NCBI GenBank assembly: GCA_964291285.2
Contig: OZ219786.1
Span: forward strand, 1,280,001-1,344,000
Length of the DNA stretch: 64,000 bases
Direction: 5' to 3'
Source: Alphaproteobacteria bacterium
Lineage (GTDB): Bacteria > Pseudomonadota > Alphaproteobacteria > Bin95
The notes beneath the pieces are model-generated. The model saw only the letters and a list, made by a program, of their open reading frames with translations. It had not been told where the DNA came from and did no database searches. Positions 1 through 10,845 of this stretch are shown here, piece after piece (position 1 is the stretch's first letter; every line of letters starts with the position of its first letter). The position numbers were made by a program, and so were the translations under genes.

Positions 1-30
1 GCCGGTCGATTACGAATATGTGAAGCTGCA

Positions 31-1008
31 TTGACGGCGCGTTTCGCCATCGCCGGGTCCGGCCCGGCGGGCTGCTACCTGGCGGACGCGCTTGCGAAGG
101 CCGCGCCCGGCGCCGTCATCGACGTGTTCGAGCGGCTGGACGAACCCTTCGGCCTGGTGCGCTTCGGCGTGGCCCCGGACCACGAGGCGACCCGCGCCAT
201 TTCCCGCGTGCTGCGCCGGCCGTTCGACAAGGGCGCGGCGCGGCTCCATCTCGGCGTCGAGGTCGGCCGCGACATAAGCCTCGCCGCGCTGCGCCGCGAC
301 TATGACGCGGTGGCGCTGGCGACCGGCGCGCCGGTGGACCGCAGGCTGGACGTGCCCGGCGAGGAACTGGCCGAACCCTCGGGCCGCTTCATCCGCTGGA
401 TCAACGGCCACCCCGAAGCCGTCCCGCCCGCCCGCCTCGCCGGGGCAAGGCGCGCGGTCGTCATCGGCGCCGGCAACGTGGCGCTCGACGCGGTCCGCCT
501 GCTGGCGAAACACCGGGAAATCGGCTGCCTGAACCCGCTGGCGCTGGAGCGCATCGACCTGCTGGTCCGCGGCGGCCCGGAAGACGTGCGGTTCACGCCC
601 TCCGAACTCGTCGAAATCGGCGACCTCGCGACGGCATGGCCCCAACTGGACGCCTTCGACGACGCGACCGGCGAGGCGGCCGCCCTGCTGAAGGAGTTTG
701 CAGCCCGCCCGCCGGGCCGCGGCATCCCGATCCGCTTCCATTTCCGCACGCAGGCGACGGCCTTCCTCGGCGCAGGCCAGCTGGAAGCGGTCGAAACGGA
801 CCGCGGCGCGCTCCCGGCCGATCTCGCCGTGACCTGCATCGGCTACGAGAAGGCCGCTATAGACGGCGTCTGGCCCACCGGCCCGGAGTCGGAGCCCGGT
901 CTCTACGCCGTCGGCTGGGCCGCCCGCGGCCCGACGGGAACGATCCCGACGAACCGCGCAGAAGCCCGCGCTCTCGCCCCAAGGATGACTGCCGGCCTCG
1001 AACTGTAG
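31..1008 (+). CDS. FAD-dependent oxidoreductase, ferredoxin-NADP+ reductase (FprA/adrenodoxin reductase)-like
   Basis: GSGPAG FAD motif, PFGLVRFGVAPDH, VIGAGNVALD NADP motif, C-terminal GWAARGPTGTI. TTG start; shorter than typical family members. Confidence 0.8.
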   Translation: MTARFAIAGSGPAGCYLADALAKAAPGAVIDVFERLDEPFGLVRFGVAPDHEATRAISRVLRRPFDKGAARLHLGVEVGRDISLAALRRDYDAVALATGAPVDRRLDVPGEELAEPSGRFIRWINGHPEAVPPARLAGARRAVVIGAGNVALDAVRLLAKHREIGCLNPLALERIDLLVRGGPEDVRFTPSELVEIGDLATAWPQLDAFDDATGEAAALLKEFAARPPGRGIPIRFHFRTQATAFLGAGQLEAVETDRGALPADLAVTCIGYEKAAIDGVWPTGPESEPGLYAVGWAARGPTGTIPTNRAEARALAPRMTAGLEL

Positions 1009-1212
1009 CCGGCGCGGATTTTCGCCGGCCACCCTTCCCGGTCTCCGCCATGGAAAACCCGAATATCCGACCCGTGGAGGCTACTCCATGGGGGTTTCCG
1101 GCTGCATCGTCGCATTGCTTCCGCCCACCTGCATTTCCGCGACTCGCAGCCGCGTTGAATGCGGCGGCGCAAGGAATAGGTTGCCTGTTGCTACGAAACG
1201 CTGCGAGACGCC

Positions 1213-2364
1213 ATGAAGCCGACTGTTCGTCCCGCCAATCCGAACTTCTCCTCCGGGCCCTGTACCAAGCGGCCGGGATGGACGCCGGCCGTTCTCGCCG
1301 ACGCTTTGGTGGGGCGTTCCCATCGCTCCGCGCCCGGCAAGGACAAGCTGGCGGAGGTTATCGACAGGAGCCGCCGGCTGCTCGGCATGCCGGAGGACTG
1401 GCGGCTCGCGATCGTGCCCGCCTCCGATACCGGCGCCGTCGAGATCGCGCTCTGGTCCCTGCTCGGCGCGCGCGGCGTCGATGTGCTGGCGTGGGAGAGC
1501 TTCGGCGCGAGCTGGGCCCTCGATGTCCGGGACCATCTCGGCATCGCGGACGTGCGCCTGCTGGAAGCCGGATACGGCGACCTGCCCGACCTGTCGGAAG
1601 CGGATTCCGGCCGTGACCTCGTGTTCGTGTGGAACGGCACCACCTCCGGTGTCTGCCTGCCCGATGGTGAGTGGATCGCCGAAGACCGGCGCGGCCTCGC
1701 GATCTGCGACGCCACATCGGCCGTGTTCGGCATCGAGATGCCCTGGTCCCGGCTCGATGTCGTAACCTGGTCCTGGCAAAAGGCCATCGGCGGCGAGGGG
1801 GCGCACGGCATGCTGGCGCTCGGCCCGCGCGCGGTGGAGCGGCTGCTGTCCTGGACGCCGACGCGCCCGCTGCCGAAAGTCTTCCGGCTGACCCGCAGCG
1901 GCGCGCTCATCGAGGGCGTCTTCCGCGGCGAGACGCTGAACACGCCCTCCATGCTGTGCGTCGAGGACGCGCTCGATGCGCTGGCCTGGGTGGCGAGTGT
2001 GGGCGGCCTTGCCGGGGCCGTCGCGCGCACCCGGGCCAATGCCGCCGTCATCGGGGAGTGGGTGGCCCGGACCGGCTGGATCGACTTCCTCGCCCGCGAC
2101 CCGGCGGCGCGCTCGCCGACATCGGTCTGCCTCGCCTTCGCCGATCCCCGGGTCGCCGGCCTGCCGGAGGATCGACGGAGGGTCTTCGTGCAGGCGTTGG
2201 CGGCCCGGCTCGACGCCGAGGGCGCGGCGCATGACATCGCCAACCATCGCGATGCGCCGCCGAGCCTGCGCATCTGGGCCGGCCCCACGGTCGAGCGCAG
2301 CGACCTGGAGGCGCTCATGCCCTGGCTGGACTGGGCGTTCGAGGCCGAGGTCGGAAAGCTCTGA
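1213..2364 (+). CDS. serC: phosphoserine aminotransferase
   Basis: FSSGPCTKRPGW, NGTTSGV, DATSAVF, SWQKAIGGEGAHG (PLP lysine); lies upstream of serA. Confidence 0.95.
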   Translation: MKPTVRPANPNFSSGPCTKRPGWTPAVLADALVGRSHRSAPGKDKLAEVIDRSRRLLGMPEDWRLAIVPASDTGAVEIALWSLLGARGVDVLAWESFGASWALDVRDHLGIADVRLLEAGYGDLPDLSEADSGRDLVFVWNGTTSGVCLPDGEWIAEDRRGLAICDATSAVFGIEMPWSRLDVVTWSWQKAIGGEGAHGMLALGPRAVERLLSWTPTRPLPKVFRLTRSGALIEGVFRGETLNTPSMLCVEDALDALAWVASVGGLAGAVARTRANAAVIGEWVARTGWIDFLARDPAARSPTSVCLAFADPRVAGLPEDRRRVFVQALAARLDAEGAAHDIANHRDAPPSLRIWAGPTVERSDLEALMPWLDWAFEAEVGKL

Positions 2365-2372
2365 GCGCGGCG

Positions 2373-3950
2373 ATGAAGAAGGTGCTGATCGCCGACCGCT
2401 TGAGCGCCCGCGCCGGAGAAATCCTCCGCGCGGCGGGGCTGGAGGTCGAGGAGGCGCCGGACCTCGCGCCGGACGCGCTTGCCGCGCGGATGGCGGGCGT
2501 CCACGGCCTGGTGGTGCGCTCCGCCACAGAAGTCACGGCCGGCCTGCTCGACAGCGCGCCCGACCTGGAGGTTGTCGGCCGCGCCGGCATCGGCGTGGAC
2601 AATATCGACATTCCGGCGGCGACGGAGCGCGGCGTGGTCGTGATGAACACGCCCTACGGCAATACGGTCACGACGGCCGAGCACGCGATTGCGCTGCTGT
2701 TCGCGCTGGTGCGCCAGATACCGGCGGCCGACCGCTCGACCCAGGCCGGCAGGTGGGAAAAATCCCGCTTCATGGGCAGCGAGATCGCCGGCAAGACACT
2801 CGGCGTCATCGGCTGCGGCAATGTCGGCGCCGCCGTCTGCGCACGGGCGCGCGGGCTGGCAATGCGGGTGCTGGTTTTCGATCCCTTCGTTTCCGAGGAC
2901 CGGGCGCGGGACCTGGGCGCTGCCAAGGTGGACCTTGCCGCCCTCTTCGCCGAGTCCGACTTCATCACGCTCCACACGCCGCTGACCGACCGGACGCGCG
3001 GCATGATCGATGCGGACGCAATCTCCCGGATGAAGCCCGGCGTGCGCATCGTCAACTGCGCACGTGGCGGGCTCGTCGTCGAGGCGGACCTTTCGGCCGC
3101 GCTCGACAGCGGCCGGGTGGCGGGCGCGGCCTTCGACGTCTTCGAGATCGAGCCGGCGCACGAGAGCGCGCTTTTCGGCCGCGAGAACGTGGTGGCGACC
3201 CCCCATGTCGGCGCCTCCACCGCCGAGGCGCAGGAGAATGTGGCGGTCGAGGTGGCCAGCCAGATTGCGGCCTTCCTCAATACCGGCGCCGTCGTCAATG
3301 CCCTCAACGCGCCGTCCGTCACCGCCGAAGAGGCGCCGAGGCTGAAGCCCTATATGGGCCTGGCGGATGCTCTTGGCCGCTTTGTCGGACAGATTTGCGA
3401 CGATGCGATCACCGGCATCGACATTGCCTGGAAGGGTGACATGGCGCGGTTGAACACGCGCCCGCTCTCCGGTCTGGTGCTGCAGGGTGTGCTGTCGAGC
3501 CAGCTCGACTCGGTCAACATGGTGAACGCACCGCTGATAGCCCGCGAACGCGGCATCGAGCTTCGCGAAGTCTCGACCGGCGAGGCCGACGGCTACCGGG
3601 CGCTGATCGAGGTCCGCGCCGCCATGGGCGGGCGCAGTCGCACCGTTGCCGGCACGCTGTTCGGAGACCGGCTGCGGCTGGTGCGCGTGCAGGATATCCA
3701 TTTCGAGGCGGCGTTCGGGTCGATCATGCTCTTCGTCAGGAACCATGACCGGCCGGGCGTCATCGGCAAGATCGGCACGATCCTCGGCGAGGAAGGCGTC
3801 AACATCGCCAACTTCCATCTCGGCCGGCCGGTGGCGGGCGGCCATGCGCTCGCCCTCATCGAGATCGACGAGGACTGCCCGGACCGGGTGCTGGAGCGCA
3901 TCGCCGCCCTCCCGGACACCATCGCCCGCCCCCTGGTCCTCCGGTTTTGA
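2373..3950 (+). CDS. serA: D-3-phosphoglycerate dehydrogenase
   Basis: RAGIGVDNID, GCGNVG, NCARGG, TPHVGAST; C-terminal ACT domain. Confidence 0.96.
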   Translation: MKKVLIADRLSARAGEILRAAGLEVEEAPDLAPDALAARMAGVHGLVVRSATEVTAGLLDSAPDLEVVGRAGIGVDNIDIPAATERGVVVMNTPYGNTVTTAEHAIALLFALVRQIPAADRSTQAGRWEKSRFMGSEIAGKTLGVIGCGNVGAAVCARARGLAMRVLVFDPFVSEDRARDLGAAKVDLAALFAESDFITLHTPLTDRTRGMIDADAISRMKPGVRIVNCARGGLVVEADLSAALDSGRVAGAAFDVFEIEPAHESALFGRENVVATPHVGASTAEAQENVAVEVASQIAAFLNTGAVVNALNAPSVTAEEAPRLKPYMGLADALGRFVGQICDDAITGIDIAWKGDMARLNTRPLSGLVLQGVLSSQLDSVNMVNAPLIARERGIELREVSTGEADGYRALIEVRAAMGGRSRTVAGTLFGDRLRLVRVQDIHFEAAFGSIMLFVRNHDRPGVIGKIGTILGEEGVNIANFHLGRPVAGGHALALIEIDEDCPDRVLERIAALPDTIARPLVLRF

Positions 3951-4021
3951 GCGGGACGGTCCGGCGTGCAACATTCCGGCCAAACCGTGTAGCCTTGGGG
4001 CCGCCGCAAGCAGTCCGCACC

Positions 4022-5146
4022 ATGACCGACAGAGCCTTGCTTCCGGCGGGACTGCGCGATGTCCTGCCTCCCGATGCCGCCTTCGAGGCGGCCGTGGAGA
4101 CGCGCCTGCTCGAGCTCTTCGCGCTCAACGGCTATGAGCGGGTGGACCCGCCGCTCGCCGAGTTCGAGACCAGTTTCCTCGCGGACGAGGGCGCCGCGAT
4201 TGCGGCGGACACCTTCCGCATCATGGACCCGGTTTCGCAGCACATGCTGGCGCTGCGTTCCGACATGACGCTCCAGGTGGCCCGGATTGCGCGCACCCGG
4301 CTTGCCGGCGAGCCGCGCCCGCTGCGCCTTGCCTATGCGGGGCAGGTGCTGAGGGTCGGGGTCTCCCAGCTCCACGCCGAGCGCCAGGTGGCCCAGGCCG
4401 GGGTCGAGCTGATCGGCGCGGAAAGCGTGTCGGCCGATGCCGAGGTCGCGCGGCTTGGCTTCGAGGCTCTGGAAGCGCTGGGCGCGCCGGGGGCGAGCAT
4501 CGACCTCGGCGCGCCGGCGCTGGTGAGGGCGCTTCTCGCCGATGCCGGCCTCGAAGACGACGCCGTGCTGGGCGATGCGCTCGACCGCAAGGACGCGGCG
4601 GCGGTCGCGGCGCGGGGCGGACCGCGCTTCACGGCTTTGATGGCGGCGACCGGTCCTTACGAGACGGTGGCGCCGGCGCTCTCTTCGCTCGACCTGCCGG
4701 CCGACGCGGCCGCGCTTCGGGACCGCCTGCTGGACGTTGCGGCGGCAGTGGCGGCGGCGGCCCCCGGACTGCAGATCACCATCGACCCGGTGGAGCACCG
4801 CGGCTTCCAGTATTACTCGGGCGTGGCCTTCAGCCTGTTCGCGAGCGGCGGGTGCGGCGAAGTGGGCCGCGGCGGTCGCTACCGCGCCGAGGGCGAGACG
4901 GGCACGGGCGTGACGCTCTATCTCGACGCCGTCCACCGCCTGCTGACGCCGCCCGCGCCGCGTTCCCGCCTGTTCCTGCCTTACGGCGCGGGCGGCGCGG
5001 AGCGTCGGCGCTGGCAGGCGGACGGCTGGATAACGGTGCAGGCGCTTGCGCCGGCGAGCGACCCCGAAGCCGAGGCGCGCCGTCTCGGCTGCGGCTACCT
5101 GTTGGGCGCCGGCGGCATCGAATCCCTGGACGGAGACCCGGAATGA
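4022..5146 (+). CDS. hisZ: ATP phosphoribosyltransferase regulatory subunit
   Basis: [42 protein letters not shown]; abuts purA. ATG at 4022 chosen. Confidence 0.92.
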   Translation: MTDRALLPAGLRDVLPPDAAFEAAVETRLLELFALNGYERVDPPLAEFETSFLADEGAAIAADTFRIMDPVSQHMLALRSDMTLQVARIARTRLAGEPRPLRLAYAGQVLRVGVSQLHAERQVAQAGVELIGAESVSADAEVARLGFEALEALGAPGASIDLGAPALVRALLADAGLEDDAVLGDALDRKDAAAVAARGGPRFTALMAATGPYETVAPALSSLDLPADAAALRDRLLDVAAAVAAAAPGLQITIDPVEHRGFQYYSGVAFSLFASGGCGEVGRGGRYRAEGETGTGVTLYLDAVHRLLTPPAPRSRLFLPYGAGGAERRRWQADGWITVQALAPASDPEAEARRLGCGYLLGAGGIESLDGDPE

Positions 5147-6432
5147 CCAATGTGGCCGTAATCGGCGCGCAATGGGGCGACGAAGGCAAGGGGAAGGTCG
5201 TGGACTGGCTCGCCGAGCGGGCCGATGTCGTGGTGCGCTTCCAGGGCGGACACAATGCCGGCCATACGCTGCAGGTCGCCAACGAGACCTACAAGCTCTC
5301 CCTGCTGCCCTCCGGCGTGGTGCGGGGCACGCTTTCGATCATCGGCAACGGCGTGGTGGTGGACCCGTGGGCGCTGCTGGAAGAAATGGATCGCCTGCGC
5401 GGGCAGGGCGTTGCGGTTTCTCCCGAAACGCTGCGCCTCGCGGAAAGCGCGACGCTGATCCTGCCCTTCTACGGACACGTGGACCGGCTCCGCGAGCAAC
5501 GGCGGGGGAAGGGCGCTATAGGCACGACCGGGCGCGGCATCGGCGTTGCCTATGAAGACAAGGCCGGGCGGCGCGCGATCCGCGTTGCCGACCTGTATGA
5601 CGATGCGGCGCTCCGCGACAAGGTCGGCCACCTGCTGGAGCATCACAACGCCCTGCTGCGCGGTTGGGGCGCGGAGGAAATCGCGCCCGACGAGCTCATT
5701 GCGGGTCTCGTGGAAGTTCGCGGCCCGCTGGCGCCCTATGTCGATTGCGTGTGGGAGCGGCTGGACGGGTTACGCCGATCCGGCAGGCGGATCCTGTTCG
5801 AAGGCGCGCAGGGCATCTTTCTCGATGTGGACCACGGCACCTATCCGTTCGTGACCTCCTCGAACACGGTTGCCGCGGCCGCCGCGGTCGGCAGCGGCAT
5901 GGGGCCGGGCGCGGTCGGCTATGTGCTCGGCATCGCCAAGGCCTACACGACGCGCGTCGGCGGCGGCCCGTTCCCCACCGAATTGAAGGACGATGTCGGC
6001 GCGCATCTTGCCGAGCGCGGCCGCGAGTTCGGCACCGTCACCGGACGGCCGCGGCGCTGCGGCTGGTTCGATGCGGCGGCGGTGCGCCAGGCGGTGCGGC
6101 TCTCAGGCATGGACGGCATTGCGCTCACCAAGCTCGACGTGCTGGATGGGCTCGACGCCCTGGAAGTCTGCACCGGATACCGGATCGGCGAGCGCATGCT
6201 GTCGCGCCTGCCCGCCAGCCAGACCGAACAGGCGGCGGTGGAGCCGGTTTATGAGCGGCTGGAAGGCTGGTCCGAAAGCACCGCGGGCGCTAAGGGCTGG
6301 GCCCAATTGCCGGCCACGGCGGTCAAATATGTCCGGCGTGTCGAAGAACTGATCGGCTGCCCGGTGGCCCTGCTTTCCACAGGGCCGGACCGCGAAGACA
6401 CGATAGCGATGTACGATCCCTTCGCCGACTAG
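5143..6432 (+). CDS. purA: adenylosuccinate synthetase
   Basis: [41 protein letters not shown]; ATGA overlap with hisZ. Confidence 0.97.
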   Translation: MTNVAVIGAQWGDEGKGKVVDWLAERADVVVRFQGGHNAGHTLQVANETYKLSLLPSGVVRGTLSIIGNGVVVDPWALLEEMDRLRGQGVAVSPETLRLAESATLILPFYGHVDRLREQRRGKGAIGTTGRGIGVAYEDKAGRRAIRVADLYDDAALRDKVGHLLEHHNALLRGWGAEEIAPDELIAGLVEVRGPLAPYVDCVWERLDGLRRSGRRILFEGAQGIFLDVDHGTYPFVTSSNTVAAAAAVGSGMGPGAVGYVLGIAKAYTTRVGGGPFPTELKDDVGAHLAERGREFGTVTGRPRRCGWFDAAAVRQAVRLSGMDGIALTKLDVLDGLDALEVCTGYRIGERMLSRLPASQTEQAAVEPVYERLEGWSESTAGAKGWAQLPATAVKYVRRVEELIGCPVALLSTGPDREDTIAMYDPFAD

Positions 6433-6447
6433 GGCAGCGAAGTCCGG

Positions 6448-6756
6448 CTAGGCGGCCTGCTCGCGGGCTTCGCGCTTGGCCTTCGCCCTCTCGATACGGC
6501 GCTTGATGCGCCGGGCCTCGACCGTCAGCTTCGAGTCGGGGCGGCCGAGAAGGAAGGCGTCGAGACCGCCATTATGCTCCACTGTGCGCAGGCCGTGGCC
6601 CGAGATGCGCAGCCGCACCGCCTCGCCCAGGACTTCGCTCAACAGGGTCCTGGACTGCACATTCGGCAGAAAGCGCCGGCGGGTCTTGTTGTTGGCGTGG
6701 CTGACATTGTTGCCGGTCATCACGCCCTTGCCGGTGATCGCGCAGCGCCGCGACAT
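6448..6756 (-). CDS. rpmB: 50S ribosomal protein L28
   Basis: [32 protein letters not shown]. Confidence 0.96.
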   Translation of the reverse strand: MSRRCAITGKGVMTGNNVSHANNKTRRRFLPNVQSRTLLSEVLGEAVRLRISGHGLRTVEHNGGLDAFLLGRPDSKLTVEARRIKRRIERAKAKREAREQAA

Positions 6757-6798
6757 CGCCTTCACTCCTTGCCGGAACGGCCTCGTTCGGAACGCGGC

Positions 6799-6827
6799 TG
6801 TATAGGGACGCCGCCCCGGCCGGTCAA
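6799..6827 (-). promoter_or_regulatory. sigma70-like promoter of rpmB
   Basis: TTGACC-N17-TATACA on the minus strand. Confidence 0.65.
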
Positions 6828-6834
6828 GCGCCGG

Positions 6835-7653
6835 CTAGCCACCCAGTTCCCGCGAGCGGTTGGCGGCGGCGGCGACGGCGCGGCGCATCAGCGCGGCGAG
6901 GCCGTCATCCTCCATCAGCACATCGAGGGCGGCGGCGGTGGTCCCGCCCGGACTCGTGACATTGCGCCTAAGCACGTCCGCACTTTCCGGCGATCGGTTC
7001 AGCAGTTCGCCGGCCCCGGAAACGGTTGCGCGGGCGAGGCGCATCGCCATGTCGGCCGGCAGCCCCTCGCGCTGGCCGGCCGCAGCGAGCGCCTCCACCA
7101 GATGGAAGACATAGGCCGGGCCGCTGCCGGAAACGGCCGTCACCGCGTCCATGGCCGTCTCGTCCCCGAGCCACACGACCTCGCCGACGGCTTCGCAGAT
7201 CGTCTGGCAGAGCGCCATCTGCGCGGGATCGACGCCCCGGTTCGCGGTGAGCGCCGCAATGCCGCGGCCGACCGCCGCCGGCGTGTTCGGCATGGCGCGG
7301 ACAACGGCGGCGCCCCAACCCAGTATCTTCTCGAAGAACGCAATCGGGGTCCCGGCGGCTATCGAGAGGAACACGGGCGCCCCGTGCCCCGTATACCGGC
7401 AGTAGGCCGGTACGACATCTTCCATCACCTGGGGCTTGACCGCGAAGATGACTGCGTCCGGGCGCATCCGGTCGGTGACATTTTCGAGCGCCGTCGTGAT
7501 GTGGACGCCGGGTTTGCCCCGAAATTCCCGCGTCGCGGCCTCTTCCGGTTCGACGACCACGATCTGGTCGGCGAACCGCTGTTCCAGCCAGCCGGTCAAC
7601 AGTGCGCCGCCCATCTTGCCACAGCCGACAAGGATCAGGTTTGGAGTGCTCAT
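6835..7653 (-). CDS. proC: pyrroline-5-carboxylate reductase
   Basis: VGCGKMG, AVKPQ, RAMPNTPA, SGSGPAYVF, VTSPGGTT. Confidence 0.95.
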   Translation of the reverse strand: MSTPNLILVGCGKMGGALLTGWLEQRFADQIVVVEPEEAATREFRGKPGVHITTALENVTDRMRPDAVIFAVKPQVMEDVVPAYCRYTGHGAPVFLSIAAGTPIAFFEKILGWGAAVVRAMPNTPAAVGRGIAALTANRGVDPAQMALCQTICEAVGEVVWLGDETAMDAVTAVSGSGPAYVFHLVEALAAAGQREGLPADMAMRLARATVSGAGELLNRSPESADVLRRNVTSPGGTTAAALDVLMEDDGLAALMRRAVAAAANRSRELGG

Positions 7654-8144
7654 GCCTCGCCCATTGGATGGATCATTGCGGCCGCCACGGCCTTGGCCGG
7701 CGACTTGCCGCCCCATAACGCATGTTGGAACGCGGGATAGAATTGGTCCAGCCCGCTTGTGGCGGCGAGCAGGACGTCCTCCACCAGTTCCCTGGAGGCC
7801 GAGACGCCGCGGAGTGGAATGGCGTGGCGGAAGCAAAGCGCCCCGGCGTCGCGTTCGAAGCAGAAATGCCCGATTTCCAGCATGTCGTTGGCGTAGGCGA
7901 GCATTTCCAGCAGCGCGTTCTGCCCCTCCAGGGGCACGGGCAGCCGGCACGCCGCGGCAATCTGCATGACGGCGGGTCGCATGTGCCAGGCCGCGCACAC
8001 GGAGGTCTCGCCCCAGCTTCCCGGAAGTTCCGCCGAGAGCGTTCGTGAATCGTCCCGGCTGTAGGCCCAGTCGCGCGTCCGGACAATGTCCTCGACAAGG
8101 TCGATCGGGTTCGGAACCTCGGCAAACGTTCTTTGCGTCAACAT
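7650..8144 (-). CDS. YbjN-domain protein
   Basis: NPIDLVE motif and size; conserved position overlapping the proC start in Alphaproteobacteria. Confidence 0.75.
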   Translation of the reverse strand: MLTQRTFAEVPNPIDLVEDIVRTRDWAYSRDDSRTLSAELPGSWGETSVCAAWHMRPAVMQIAAACRLPVPLEGQNALLEMLAYANDMLEIGHFCFERDAGALCFRHAIPLRGVSASRELVEDVLLAATSGLDQFYPAFQHALWGGKSPAKAVAAAMIHPMGEA

Positions 8145-8319
8145 GGGTTATCCAATACAGCACAATATATCGTATTGCCAATGATCTATAACCACAATTT
8201 GTGGAAAAATCGGGGTTCTTGCCGGCGTACAGAATGCGGACTCGGCGAGAAGGCGCGCGGCGTTGTCATGACCGCGAGACGGGCTATATTCGCTGAAAAC
8301 GGGAATCAGGCTTGCGGCG

Positions 8320-8973
8320 ATGAGCGAATATGTCGTCCAGAGGGCGAATATGGTGGAGTGCCAGTTGCGGGCCGGCCGGGTCACGAATTCGGCCTTGCTG
8401 GATGCAATGGGCAGCGTGGCGCGCGAGGACTTCGCCCCCGTTGCGCTGAAGCCGGTCGCCTATGTGGACGAGGACCTTGCGTTCTGCGGCCGCGTTCTGG
8501 TCGAGCCGATGGTCTTCGCGCGTCTGGTGCAATGCGCCGAACCCGGGCCGGACGACTATGTGCTCGATATCGGCGCCGGGCTCGGCTATTCGAGTGCCGT
8601 TCTGGGCCGGATCGCGAGCGCGGTCGTGGCCCTGGAAAGCGACGGGGAGCTCGCGAAAGACGCCCGCAAGGCGCTTGCCGAGGCCGGCAGCGACAATGTC
8701 CTGGTGGTCGAAGGGCGGCTGGAGGCGGGCTGTCCCGAAGAGGCGCCGTTCAATCTCATCACCGTTCAGGGCGCTATCGCATCCGTTCCGCCGGCCCTGC
8801 TCGACCAGTTGGCGGAAGGCGGACGGCTCGCCGCGGTGGTGCGGTCCGGCGGCGGCCTCGGCCGGGCGGAAATCTTCACGAAACGGGGCGGCGTGGTGTC
8901 GTCGCGCACCGTCTTCGATGCCGGCACCCCCTATGTTGCGGGCTTCGAGCCCAGGCAGGAGTTTGTGTTTTGA
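8320..8973 (+). CDS. pcm: protein-L-isoaspartate O-methyltransferase
   Basis: RANMVECQLR, VLDIGAGLGYSSA SAM motif, C-terminal EFVF; pcm-tolC synteny. Confidence 0.88.
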   Translation: MSEYVVQRANMVECQLRAGRVTNSALLDAMGSVAREDFAPVALKPVAYVDEDLAFCGRVLVEPMVFARLVQCAEPGPDDYVLDIGAGLGYSSAVLGRIASAVVALESDGELAKDARKALAEAGSDNVLVVEGRLEAGCPEEAPFNLITVQGAIASVPPALLDQLAEGGRLAAVVRSGGGLGRAEIFTKRGGVVSSRTVFDAGTPYVAGFEPRQEFVF

Positions 8974-10364
8974 GCGCCCGATGGTTCCGGCTTGCCACCC
9001 TTTCCGCCGCGACAGCACTGGCGCTCGCCCTGCCTGTTGCGGCGGCCGCCGACACGCTGCTGGAGGCGATGGCCAAGGCCTATGCCGCGAACCCGCAGCT
9101 CGAGGCCGAGCGCGCGCGCCTGCGCGCTACGGACGAAGGTGTGCCGCAGGCGCTTTCGGGCTGGCGGCCGACAGTGACGGCGCGGGGTAGCGCGGGTTTC
9201 GGACACTATGACGCCAAGGCTCCGGTCCGGGGCCAGAACATGTCCGAGAAACGCCGTCCCGCAACCCTGGAAGTCGAGGCGAGGCAGCCGCTCTACAAGG
9301 GGCAGCAGACTGCCGCCCGGCTGCAGGGCGCGAAACATCGCGTCTCCGCGCAACGCTACCGGCTCGTCTCCGTCGAGCAGGCCGTTTTCCTCAGCACCGG
9401 CATTGCGTTCATGGATGTGGTGCGCGACCAGGCCGTGGTGGAGTTGACAGTCAACAATGTCAATGTGCTGCGCCGGCGCCTTCAGGCGGCGCGCGACCAG
9501 TTCGAGGTCGGCGAGGTTACGCGCACCGATGTCGCGCAGGCGGAAGCGCGGCTGGCGCGCGCCATCGCAGAACGGGCCTCCGCCGAGGGCCAGCTGGAAG
9601 CGTCCCGGGCCGGCTATGAGCGCGTGGTCGGCGAGCTTCCCGGCCGGCTGGAGGCGCCTCTGCCGCTCTCCGGCCTGCCCGGGACGAAAGGAGAAGCCGT
9701 CGAGGCTGCATCGCAGCATCATCCGGATGTGGCGGCTGCCTCCTTCGATGAGCAGGCGGCACTGGCGGATGCCGACGCGATCCGGAGCGAATTGCTGCCG
9801 ACGGTCAACCTTGTCGGCAATGTCGTGCATCGAAGAGACGCCGGGGGGCGGGACAACAGGAACAGTGACGCCACGGTATCGGCCGTGGTGTCGGTGCCCC
9901 TCTACGAGGCCGGAAGCGTCACCTCGCGCCGCCGCGCGGCGATCGAAACCGCTTCGCGTTTGCGCGCCGTGGTCGAGGACCGCCGCCGCGTCGCCGTCGA
10001 GCAGGCGGTCAGGGCATGGGAAAGCCTGGCCTCCGCCCGCGCGCGGCTGGAGTCGCTGTCCACCGAGGTCCGGGCTTCGGAGATTGCGCTGGACGGGCTG
10101 CAACAGGAAGCCGAAGTCGGCACCCGCACCCTGCTCGACGTTCTGGACGCGGAGCAGGACCTTCTGGACGCGCGCGTGAATGTTGTGCGCACGAAGCAGT
10201 CGGAAGCGGTGGCGAGCTACCAGTTGGCTGCGGCGATGGGCCGCCTGACCGCCGAGGCCCAGCAGGTGCCCGTGCCGCTGTACGATTTCCGGACCAACTA
10301 CGACCGTGTCCGCACTCTGCGGTGGGACCCGGGCGCGATATTCGGCGGGAGCCGGGAAAAATGA
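8970..10364 (+). CDS. tolC: TolC-family outer membrane protein
   Basis: Signal peptide, AYAANPQLEAER, GEVTRTDVAQA, GTRTLLDVLDAEQ; TTG start overlapping the pcm stop. Confidence 0.88.
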   Translation: MSARWFRLATLSAATALALALPVAAAADTLLEAMAKAYAANPQLEAERARLRATDEGVPQALSGWRPTVTARGSAGFGHYDAKAPVRGQNMSEKRRPATLEVEARQPLYKGQQTAARLQGAKHRVSAQRYRLVSVEQAVFLSTGIAFMDVVRDQAVVELTVNNVNVLRRRLQAARDQFEVGEVTRTDVAQAEARLARAIAERASAEGQLEASRAGYERVVGELPGRLEAPLPLSGLPGTKGEAVEAASQHHPDVAAASFDEQAALADADAIRSELLPTVNLVGNVVHRRDAGGRDNRNSDATVSAVVSVPLYEAGSVTSRRRAAIETASRLRAVVEDRRRVAVEQAVRAWESLASARARLESLSTEVRASEIALDGLQQEAEVGTRTLLDVLDAEQDLLDARVNVVRTKQSEAVASYQLAAAMGRLTAEAQQVPVPLYDFRTNYDRVRTLRWDPGAIFGGSREK

Positions 10365-10810
10365 GCGATCCTGCCGGCGGCTCCGGACGCGGCGAGGACG
10401 AGCGGACCATGGAGGAGATCATGGCATCCATCGGCAAGGCCGTCTCCGACGAAACGCGAAATGCGGACCCCGCACAGCAGGACCCGGCCGACGACGACAT
10501 TCTCGAACTCACGGACGAAGTGCCGCCGGAAGGTGAAGCGGAGGCGGGCGCCGGAGGCGAGGAACTGGTTTCGACCTCTACCGCAGCCGCTTCGGCGGAG
10601 GCGTTTGCAGGTCTGGCGCAGGCGGTCGAAGAGGGCGAGACGGCGGCGAGGCGGCTGCCCGTCAGCGAAGGCGGCGAGACCATAGAGGACATGGTCCGCG
10701 CCATGCTGAAGCCGATGCTCAACGAGTGGCTGGACAAGCATTTGCCCGACATCGTGGAGCGTCTGGTCGAAGAGGAGATTCAACGCCTGTCGCGGTCCGG
10801 CAGGCGCTGA
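10361..10810 (+). CDS. popZ: polar organizing protein PopZ (DUF2497)
   Basis: N-terminal helix TMEEIMASI, acidic linker with DDILELTD, C-terminal MLKPMLNEWLDKHLPDIVERLVEEEIQR; lies between tolC and valS. Confidence 0.88.
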   Translation: MSDPAGGSGRGEDERTMEEIMASIGKAVSDETRNADPAQQDPADDDILELTDEVPPEGEAEAGAGGEELVSTSTAAASAEAFAGLAQAVEEGETAARRLPVSEGGETIEDMVRAMLKPMLNEWLDKHLPDIVERLVEEEIQRLSRSGRR

Positions 10811-10845
10811 CGGGCCTTTCACTCATCCGATAGAACGGATTCCCC

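Noticed and set aside
1-34. Possible 3' end of an upstream gene (...PVDYEYVKLH*)
   Set aside because: Too short to identify.
8145-8319. AT-rich palindromes (CAATAC/GTATTG, CCACAATTTGTGG) in the YbjN-pcm gap
   Set aside because: Consistent with an ordinary divergent promoter region; no regulator can be assigned.
8133-8969. N-terminal extension of TolC (743-aa ORF); similar extensions on purA, proC, ggt and rplX
   Set aside because: These overlap real upstream genes in another frame; downstream starts fit coupling and signal peptides.
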